Shown: positions 1 to 6,429 of the stretch, in pieces | Layout: each line of letters opens with the position of its first letter | How positions within the stretch are numbered: position 1 is the stretch's first letter | Made by a program: the position numbers and the translations under genes | The notes under the pieces: generated by a model | Told to the model about the DNA's origin: nothing | Seen by the model: the letters and a program-made list of their open reading frames with translations, nothing else | Database searches by the model: none | Assembly (NCBI GenBank): GCA_046262595.1 | Contig: JBHEMM010000014.1 | Coordinates: forward strand, 1 to 12,927 | Source: Vulcanimicrobiaceae bacterium | GTDB lineage: Bacteria > Vulcanimicrobiota > Vulcanimicrobiia > Vulcanimicrobiales > Vulcanimicrobiaceae | Length of the DNA stretch: 12,927 nt | Direction: 5' to 3'

Positions 1-2
1 TT

Positions 3-221
3 GCCGCGCTGCTGGTCACGCCTGCCGCTGCGGCGCAGCAACTCACGAACCGCTTTCACTACATGATGGCGTTTGCGGCGCTCTTCGGCGCGATCTGCGC
101 GCTGGGCGGGTTGTACGCCTCATACTTCTTGCAGAGCTCGAGCGGCGCGACGATCGTGCTTGCCGCAACGCTCCTGTTCTTTATCGTACTCGGCGCGAAG
201 CAACTACACGGGCGAGCGTAG
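3..221 (+). CDS. Metal (Zn/Mn/Fe) ABC transporter permease, ZnuB/MntB (ABC-3) family; 5'-truncated by the window edge
   Basis: Not in the ORF track. Frame 3 translated by hand: AALLVTPAAAAQQLTNRFHYMMAFAALFGAICALGGLYASYFLQSSSGATIVLAATLLFFIVLGAKQLHGRA*, TAG at 219-221. The LLxxPAAAA..LT and GLYxSY.L....GATIV segments with hydrophobic helices are typical of the C-terminus of ABC-3 permeases. Confidence 0.85.
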   Translation, partial: AALLVTPAAAAQQLTNRFHYMMAFAALFGAICALGGLYASYFLQSSSGATIVLAATLLFFIVLGAKQLHGRA

Positions 222-1304
222 AACGCGCCAAGTCTCCTCGCCGGTTTGCTCCAAAAAACCGTTCTGCGCTAGGGCGTCGAGCGCTTCGGCCAGGGCCGCT
301 CGCTCGTTTTTGTTCGGCATTCCGGCCCAGCGCATTGCGGCTTCGCTCAAATGCACGTCGGAGCCGCGGCGCAGAAGTTCGCCGAGAAACGCTTTCGGAA
401 GTTTGACGCGTTCCAAGCGGCGTGAGACCGGGTCGAGCGCGCGTTCGAAGTCCGATTGCTCCGGCTGCGGCTCGGGCTGCGGAAGCGGCGAGGGCTGCGG
501 CGCTTCGGTCGGAGCCTCAACCGGTGCGGGTGCGACGGGCGGCGGCGGCGCGTTTTTCATCGAGTTGTCGGTCATCCCCGGGAACCACTCGCCCAGCATT
601 GCGAAGAGCGTATGCCACCACACGCCGTTCACGCGGCGGGGCCGCGTTTGAATCGCGCGCAGAATCACGCGCGCGACGTCGGCGGGTTTTGCGGGCACCC
701 ACGACGGCCCCATCGTCGCAATCCCGGCAACGCTTGCGAAATTCGTCCTCACGGAACCGGGGTCGATGTACGTGACCGCAACGCCGCTGCCGCGGATCTC
801 ACGCCCCAACTGCGTGACGCCGGCTCGCACCGCGGCCTTTGCCGCGCAATACGCGCCGTAGTACGGCGAAGGCACGCGCGCAAGGCCCGAACCGGTGAAA
901 AACACCTGCCCTTTGCTGCGCTGCAGCATCTCCCACGCTGCGCGCATGATGCGCAGCGGAGCGGCGAAATGCACTTGCCACTGCTCGTCGATTTGCGCTT
1001 GCGTTTGATCGAGCAAACGGCCCGCCGTCGCGAAGCCGGCGTTGTTGATGATGACGTCGAGGCGGCCGAAACGCTGCTGCGCAGCGCTGACGATGCGCGC
1101 AGGCGCATCGGTTGCGGTGATGTCGAGCGCGAGCGGAACGCACGTGCCGCCGTCGTTCACGACTTCCGCAACGAGATCGTCCAAATGCGGCGCATGTTTG
1201 GTCACGGCAATCACGGCGTACCCTTTGCGCGCCGCTTGGAGCGCCAGCTCTTTGCCGATGCCCGAACCTGCACCGGTAATAACGATAACGTTACGCTCAG
1301 ACAT
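204..1304 (-). CDS. Classical SDR NAD(P)-dependent oxidoreductase with a Pro-rich linker and an extra C-terminal domain (366 aa from ATG 1304)
   Basis: TGAGSGIG (TGxxxGxG), NNAG, catalytic Ser in FTGSG and YCAAK (YxxxK). Start chosen at ATG 1304 ([11 protein letters not shown]), which overlaps the upstream GH stop as ATGTCTGA; the ORF-track start at 1316 is an alternative. Confidence 0.9.
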   Translation of the reverse strand: MSERNVIVITGAGSGIGKELALQAARKGYAVIAVTKHAPHLDDLVAEVVNDGGTCVPLALDITATDAPARIVSAAQQRFGRLDVIINNAGFATAGRLLDQTQAQIDEQWQVHFAAPLRIMRAAWEMLQRSKGQVFFTGSGLARVPSPYYGAYCAAKAAVRAGVTQLGREIRGSGVAVTYIDPGSVRTNFASVAGIATMGPSWVPAKPADVARVILRAIQTRPRRVNGVWWHTLFAMLGEWFPGMTDNSMKNAPPPPVAPAPVEAPTEAPQPSPLPQPEPQPEQSDFERALDPVSRRLERVKLPKAFLGELLRRGSDVHLSEAAMRWAGMPNKNERAALAEALDALAQNGFLEQTGEETWRVLRSPV

Positions 1305-2544
1305 GCGCGCTGCCATTCATTGCAAGATATTGATCATACATCGCCCGCTGATAGGCCTTGTCGGGATGCGCATACCACTCGCTTTCAAGCGCTATGGGTT
1401 CCGGTGGCGGTACAACGGCGCGCTGCTCGCGCGCGAATCGCTGCAGCGTGAGGGCGACCGGCTTGTACGAACCATCGTTGCGGATGATCCCGAACGAGAG
1501 CTCGTGCGGGGCGCGATCGAAGGGCGGCGTTTCTTTGAGCGTATCGGCGTAATCCGCCCAGTTCCACCAAAAGGCGCCAAGAGCGCCGCGGCGCTGCAGC
1601 CGATGCAGGACGCCGTAACAGTAGCGCGCCATCTCCTCTTCGGTTAAACACGCGTACGGCGCCGCATTTTCGGGCAGATGCGCCGGTTCGGGCGGCGGCT
1701 CGCCCGGCAGCGGCACGCGGTCGAACGGTGAAACGGTGCCCGGCGGACATGTCGGATTGCCGAACTCGTTGAAGAGCACGGGCTTGCCGGAGAGCGACTG
1801 CATCACTTGGCAAAGAAACGGCACCACTTCGGGATCCGTGCGGCTGCGCGCGAAGGCGCTGTAGACCGAATACCCATGCATCACCGCAAAATCGAGCGGC
1901 TCGCAAAAGGACGATGGCCGGATGCCGCGGTCTTCGGTGAGATCCTCTCCATGCGTGCCGGCGCATGCACCAACGCCGGAGCACTCGCGCAGATCGCGCG
2001 CCAGCGTGCGCGACCACGCGGCAGCCGCCTTCGGCGAAGGCGCGCTGCGTACATTGCTGAATTCATTGCCGAGATCCCAACGATACAGACCAGGGTGTTC
2101 GCGTGCGCGCTGCGCAACCGCGCGAACGTGCGCGCGGGCATGCTGGAACAGTTCGCCTTGATAAAAATCGCCGGCGCCCCACGGCAGCTGCTGCATCCCC
2201 CGCGAGAACGTGCGAAAGCGGCCATGCGGCCGCGCGCGATCGAGCGCCCACGCCGGCAAGTAGTTGATCCCGCTCATGTGACCGGTGAAGAACGTCGGCA
2301 TGGCCGTAAGGCCTGCGGCGGCAACGGCGTCCATGACCGCGCCGAAGCGGCGCAGCATCGGCGCATTCATCACGCCGGCGTGCGGTTCGAAGTCGTCCCA
2401 CATGATGAAGAACCGCACGACGTGCAGGCCGAGCGATCGCATCCGGCTCAAGTCCTCGCGTATCTCGCCCAAATCGAAGCGCTGCCACATATACATGGCG
2501 CTGCGGCGCGGCCAATAGTTCACGCCCAGCAGAAATCGGTCCAT
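1297..2544 (-). CDS. Clan GH-A glycoside hydrolase, GH5-like (beta-mannosidase/mannanase-like, COG3934 type), no signal peptide
   Basis: Motifs [21 protein letters not shown], acid/base WDLGNE (Glu codon 2062-2064), HGY, nucleophile [18 protein letters not shown] and [16 protein letters not shown] match the GH5 (beta/alpha)8 layout. Substrate is inferred from family resemblance only. Confidence 0.85.
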   Translation of the reverse strand: MDRFLLGVNYWPRRSAMYMWQRFDLGEIREDLSRMRSLGLHVVRFFIMWDDFEPHAGVMNAPMLRRFGAVMDAVAAAGLTAMPTFFTGHMSGINYLPAWALDRARPHGRFRTFSRGMQQLPWGAGDFYQGELFQHARAHVRAVAQRAREHPGLYRWDLGNEFSNVRSAPSPKAAAAWSRTLARDLRECSGVGACAGTHGEDLTEDRGIRPSSFCEPLDFAVMHGYSVYSAFARSRTDPEVVPFLCQVMQSLSGKPVLFNEFGNPTCPPGTVSPFDRVPLPGEPPPEPAHLPENAAPYACLTEEEMARYCYGVLHRLQRRGALGAFWWNWADYADTLKETPPFDRAPHELSFGIIRNDGSYKPVALTLQRFAREQRAVVPPPEPIALESEWYAHPDKAYQRAMYDQYLAMNGSAHV

Positions 2545-2582
2545 GCAGGGCTTTTTCCCCGCATTCCCGCAAAAAATCTGCC
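2545..2582. promoter_or_regulatory. 38-bp divergent intergenic region between the GH5-like gene and purE (putative back-to-back promoters)
   Basis: Divergent ATGs at 2544 (-) and 2583 (+). A T-tract and an A-tract are placed symmetrically around CCCGCA repeated at 2558 and 2566. Individual promoter elements cannot be assigned with confidence. Confidence 0.5.
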
Positions 2583-3068
2583 ATGGCCGAATCTCAAGCG
2601 CCGCTTGTCGGCGTCATCATGGGCAGCGTCTCGGATATGGAAACGATGACCGCCGCGCGCGATATGCTCGAAACGTTGGCGATTCCGTACGAAATGCGCG
2701 TGGTCTCGGCGCACCGCACGCCGCAAGAAATGTTCGACTACGCGCAAACCGCGTCGGCTCGCGGCTTGAAAGTCCTGATCGCCGGTGCCGGCGGCGCCGC
2801 CCACTTGCCCGGTATGACCGCATCAAAGACGCTGCTGCCCGTTATCGGCGTGCCCGTGCCCACAAAAGCGCTCGGCGGCTTAGATTCCCTGCTCTCGATT
2901 GCGCAGATGCCGCGCGGCGTTCCCGTGGCGACGGTCGCAATCGGCAACGCCGCGAACGCCGCATTGCTCGCCGCGCGCATCCTTGCGCTGACCGACGCGG
3001 CATTGTCGGCGCGTTTAGAGCAATTCGTGCGGCGCATGCATGACGACGTCACGTCGATAAAACTTTAA
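2583..3068 (+). CDS. purE: N5-carboxyaminoimidazole ribonucleotide mutase (class I PurE)
   Basis: GVIMGSx[25 protein letters not shown] and [23 protein letters not shown] signatures; 161 aa; directly followed by purK. Confidence 0.98.
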   Translation: MAESQAPLVGVIMGSVSDMETMTAARDMLETLAIPYEMRVVSAHRTPQEMFDYAQTASARGLKVLIAGAGGAAHLPGMTASKTLLPVIGVPVPTKALGGLDSLLSIAQMPRGVPVATVAIGNAANAALLAARILALTDAALSARLEQFVRRMHDDVTSIKL

Positions 3069-3071
3069 AGC

Positions 3072-4220
3072 GTGATTCAAACGATCGGCGTCATCGGCGG
3101 CGGCCAGCTGGGCCGCATGTTTGCGCTCGACGCTAAGCGCATGGGCTACGATGTCATCGTGCTCGACCCGCAGCCGCGATCGCCTTGCGGGCAGGTAGCC
3201 GACGAGCAAATCGTGGCCGCCTACGACGACCTCCTGGCCATCGAAGATTTAGGAAAACGCAGCGACGTCGTCACGTACGAATTCGAGAACATCGCGATCG
3301 ACTCCGTGCGCCATCTGGAAGCCAACGGCTTTCCCGTGACGCCGGCCAGCTCGGTGCTTGCCATCACGCAAAACCGCCTGCGCGAGAAGACGTTTGTTTG
3401 CGAACTCGGCATTCCCGTTGCGCCGTTTGCACCGGTGCAGAGTGAGCGCGATGCGGCGCAGGCGGCTCAGAACGTCGGTTTTCCGGCAGTACTGAAGACC
3501 GTGCGTGGCGGCTACGACGGCAAAGGGCAGTGGCGCCTTCACGACGCGGTGTCAGTGCAACGTGCACTACAGCAAGCTGAAGGCGCTCCGCTTATTTGGG
3601 AGCGTTTCGTCGACTTCGAACGAGAGATCAGCGTCATCTGCACGCGCAACGCCAAAGACGAGATCGTCAGTTATGCGCCGGCGGAAAACGTGCACGATCG
3701 CGGCATTCTTTCCATGTCGATCGTACCCGCTCGCGCAAGCGGCCAGACGCAGCGGCTCGCGCAAGCGCATGCTGCGAAAATCGCCCAAGCGCTGCAGATC
3801 GTGGGGACGTTCTGTGTCGAGTTTTTTGCCATGATCGACGGAACGCTGCTGGTGAACGAAATCGCTCCGCGCCCGCACAACAGCGGACACTATACGATGG
3901 ATGCAACGCCGTGTTCGCAGTACGAGCAGCACATTCGCGCCATCTGCGGACTTCCGCCCGCGCAGCCCCAACTGCTGCGCAACGCGATCATGGTCAATAT
4001 TCTGGGCGCCGGTACCGGTGACATCTTACAGGGCACGGGCGATCTGTTGAAATATCCGGCGCTCGAGTTGCATATGTACGGTAAAAAGCACGCGGTGGAC
4101 CGGCGGAAGATGGGCCATTTCACGATGCTCTTTGAAGGGCCGGTTACTGAAGCGGAGATTGCGCAGGCGCAGGCGGCACTCGCACTACTGCGTTGGAGCG
4201 ATGCACCTTCTCGTCGTTGA
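3072..4220 (+). CDS. purK: N5-carboxyaminoimidazole ribonucleotide synthase (ATP-grasp)
   Basis: GVIGGGQLGRM, VVTYEFENI, GGYDGKGQ, NEIAPRPHNSGHYT and YGK..RKMGH; GTG start 3 bp after the purE stop. Confidence 0.97.
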   Translation: MIQTIGVIGGGQLGRMFALDAKRMGYDVIVLDPQPRSPCGQVADEQIVAAYDDLLAIEDLGKRSDVVTYEFENIAIDSVRHLEANGFPVTPASSVLAITQNRLREKTFVCELGIPVAPFAPVQSERDAAQAAQNVGFPAVLKTVRGGYDGKGQWRLHDAVSVQRALQQAEGAPLIWERFVDFEREISVICTRNAKDEIVSYAPAENVHDRGILSMSIVPARASGQTQRLAQAHAAKIAQALQIVGTFCVEFFAMIDGTLLVNEIAPRPHNSGHYTMDATPCSQYEQHIRAICGLPPAQPQLLRNAIMVNILGAGTGDILQGTGDLLKYPALELHMYGKKHAVDRRKMGHFTMLFEGPVTEAEIAQAQAALALLRWSDAPSRR

Positions 4221-4875
4221 AGACGACGCGCGCCTGTGCGACGTCCTGCGGCGAGGCTTGTCCGAAACGGGTCACGTCGTCGACGTTGCGACCGACGGCG
4301 AGGCCGGCGAGGAGTGGGCGAGAGGCGGCGGCTACGATGCGATCGTGCTGGACGTGAATCTTCCTAAACGCGACGGCCTGAGCGTCGTGCGCGCGCTTCG
4401 CGCGAAGAACGTCCGCACGCCGGTTTTGATTCTTACCTCGCGCGACACGGCCGGCGACGTCGTCGAGGGGCTCGATGCCGGCGCCAACGATTATTTGCGT
4501 AAGCCCTTCGTGTTCGGTGAGTTGGAAGCGCGTCTGCGCAGCATCGTGCGCCGTCAGACCCAGGAATCGCTCGACGCGCAGTTGCGGTGCGAGGATCTGA
4601 CGTTCGACCTGCGCAGCCGTTTGACGCAGCGCAGCGGGCGCACGATCGAGCTGACTGCACGTGAGGGCGCATTCCTCGAATATTTCATGCGCAACGCCGG
4701 CCGGGTCGTGCTGCGCACGATGATCGAAGACGCGCTCTTCGATCGGGAAAGCGACACGACATCGAACGTGGTGGACGTGTACGTCAGCAGGCTTCGCTCG
4801 AAGCTCACCGCCGGCGGCGAGACGCAGCTGCTGCACACCGTGCGCGGGGCGGGATACCGGTTCGGGCCGCAATGA
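4201..4875 (+). CDS. OmpR/PhoB-family DNA-binding response regulator (CusR/CzcR/MprA-like), 224 aa
   Basis: The true start is probably ATG 4201 (MHLLVVEDD), not the ORF-track 4132. Phosphoacceptor IVLD, LILT, DYLRKPF; C-terminal winged helix SNVVDVYVSRLRSKL...TVRGAGY. Overlaps the purK 3' end by 20 bp. Confidence 0.95.
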   Translation: MHLLVVEDDARLCDVLRRGLSETGHVVDVATDGEAGEEWARGGGYDAIVLDVNLPKRDGLSVVRALRAKNVRTPVLILTSRDTAGDVVEGLDAGANDYLRKPFVFGELEARLRSIVRRQTQESLDAQLRCEDLTFDLRSRLTQRSGRTIELTAREGAFLEYFMRNAGRVVLRTMIEDALFDRESDTTSNVVDVYVSRLRSKLTAGGETQLLHTVRGAGYRFGPQ

Positions 4876-6077
4876 CGGTTCGCTCGCGGCTCGCCGCTTT
4901 CTATGCGCTCGTGATCTTCGCGGCGCTGCTGATCTTTGCGTTCGCCGCCGTCGTGGCGATCGATCGAACGCTGCGTTCGTCGATGGACGCGCGGCTTAGC
5001 GGCGAGGCGCGCGCGGCATCGGCGGTCGTCGATATTCAAAACGGCCGTATCGTGGCTGATCCAGACGATCGGCGGCAATTTCTGACGCTCACGAGCACCG
5101 GCGATAACGCCTTGGTCCTCGATTCGTCGGGGAACGTGCGCCTTTCGAGCGCGTCGAAACCGCCGCCCGAAATGCTCGCGCTGCCGTCGCATCGCGAGGC
5201 ATACTATTCGACGGGCAAGGGCCAACGGGAAGCACGCGCATTCGTTATGCCGCTCGCGCGGGACGCGCGCCGCGTCGCAACGGTCATCACGTGGCGCGAT
5301 AGCGATTGGATCGACGAAACGGATCGCGGCGCTGCATTCGCGTTTGCAGCGGTGTCGCTCGTGATTTCGCTGTTGGCCGTCCTAGCCGGCAGCGCGGTGA
5401 CCAGACGCGCGCTGGAGGACGCCTTTTCGCGTCAACGCCGTTTTACCGCCGATGCATCGCATGAACTGCGCGCGCCGCTTGCGGTGATACGGGCTGAAGC
5501 CGATCTCGCGTTGCGCGGCGATCGCCGGCGCAGCGAATACCGGACGGCGCTCCAAACGATCGCTGATGAGGCCGACCGTATCGAGTCGCTTATCGGCGAT
5601 CTCTTGCTGGCGGTACGCGCGCAGGGGCGGGCCCGCGTGCAGCACATCGATCTTTTGGCGCTTGCGCGCGACGTCGCCGCGCGGCTTGCACCGACAGCCA
5701 CCGCGAAAGCTGCGCGGCTCGAGGTGTTGGGCAACCATGCGATCGTCAATGCGGAGCGCGAAAGCCTGGAGCGCGCAGTTCTCGCTATCGCGCATAACGC
5801 GGTGTCGTATGCACCGCACGGCGGCCGCATTACCTTCCTCGTTACGGCGTTGGGCAGCGCCGCCGAGTTGACGGTCTCCGACAACGGCCCCGGCTTTTCA
5901 TCCGAAGCGCTCGAGCATGCTGACGAACGCTTCTGGCGCGATGAAACGGGGCGGTCGCGAGCGGGCAGCGGACTCGGTCTTGCCATTGCGAAGGCTATTG
6001 TCGAATCCTGCGGCGGCACGATGACGCTCGCGAATGCTGCAGGCGCCGAAGTCAAACTGCGATTCCCGGCCATCTGA
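4872..6077 (+). CDS. Membrane sensor histidine kinase (2 TM, extracytoplasmic domain, HisKA + HATPase_c; no HAMP)
   Basis: ATGA overlap with the regulator; two hydrophobic segments; H-box RRFTADASHELRAPL (His codon 5460-5462), N-box IAHNAVSY, G1 SDNGPG, F-box ERFWR, G2 GSGLGLAIA. Confidence 0.95.
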   Translation: MTVRSRLAAFYALVIFAALLIFAFAAVVAIDRTLRSSMDARLSGEARAASAVVDIQNGRIVADPDDRRQFLTLTSTGDNALVLDSSGNVRLSSASKPPPEMLALPSHREAYYSTGKGQREARAFVMPLARDARRVATVITWRDSDWIDETDRGAAFAFAAVSLVISLLAVLAGSAVTRRALEDAFSRQRRFTADASHELRAPLAVIRAEADLALRGDRRRSEYRTALQTIADEADRIESLIGDLLLAVRAQGRARVQHIDLLALARDVAARLAPTATAKAARLEVLGNHAIVNAERESLERAVLAIAHNAVSYAPHGGRITFLVTALGSAAELTVSDNGPGFSSEALEHADERFWRDETGRSRAGSGLGLAIAKAIVESCGGTMTLANAAGAEVKLRFPAI

Positions 6078-6111
6078 CGTTCATCTTGCAGTCATATTCA
6101 GCGGGTACGGT
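6070..6111 (+). promoter_or_regulatory. Putative OmpR/PhoB-type operator (three 11-bp-period repeats) plus -10 box for the PepSY-RND operon
   Basis: CCATCTG (6070), TCATCTT (6081) and TCATATT (6092) lie at exact 11-bp spacing. TACGGT (TAnnnT) at 6106-6111 starts 10 bp after the last TCAT and ends 6 bp before ATG 6118. Confidence 0.6.
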
Positions 6112-6117
6112 AGGGGC

Positions 6118-6426
6118 ATGACGTTTAGAAACATCGCCGGCTCCCTGCTGGCCGTCGCCCTTAGTGGAGGCGTTGCCGCCGCCGCCCCTACCCAGCAACA
6201 GCTGGCGCACCAAGCGAAAATCACCATGCCTGCTGCGCGCGCGATTGCACTTAAAGGCTTGCCCGGCGGTAAAGTCGTCGGGCAGGAATTGGAGACGGAA
6301 AAGGGCGGCAGCGGTTTGCGCTACAGCTTCGATATCCGTTGGCACGGCAAGACGCGCGAAGTCGGCGTCGATGCCAAAACGGGAAAAGTTTTGGAAAACA
6401 ACGTTGAGGGCAAGAATCCGGATTAA
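6118..6426 (+). CDS. Small exported single-domain PepSY protein (102 aa)
   Basis: Start ATG 6118 gives a Sec signal peptide MTFRNIAGSLLAVALSGGVAAA|AP. PepSY pattern AKITMPAARAIALK.LPG.KV...ELE......RYSFDI......EVGVDAKTGKVL. The ORF-track start at 6034 lies inside the kinase gene. Confidence 0.88.
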   Translation: MTFRNIAGSLLAVALSGGVAAAAPTQQQLAHQAKITMPAARAIALKGLPGGKVVGQELETEKGGSGLRYSFDIRWHGKTREVGVDAKTGKVLENNVEGKNPD

Positions 6427-6429
6427 CGT

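Noticed and set aside
73..1647. Long + strand ORFs (73-651, 456-1451, 1042-1647) opposite the SDR/GH genes, including a GCGSGCGSGEGCG run
   Set aside because: Antisense shadows typical of high-GC DNA. The Gly/Cys/Ser repeat is just the reverse complement of the SDR's PQPE linker, and no family motifs are present.
2545..2582. Purine/ZMP riboswitch or PurR box upstream of purE; also a possible intrinsic terminator (T-tract and A-tract)
   Set aside because: Only 38 bp are available, no riboswitch consensus or PurR palindrome is visible, the central GC segment does not form a stem, and a terminator between divergent starts makes no sense.
4132..4200. Arg-rich N-terminal extension of the response regulator
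   Set aside because: Lies within purK; receiver domains begin at the M-x-(I/L)-L-(V/L)-V-E-D motif, which starts at ATG 4201.
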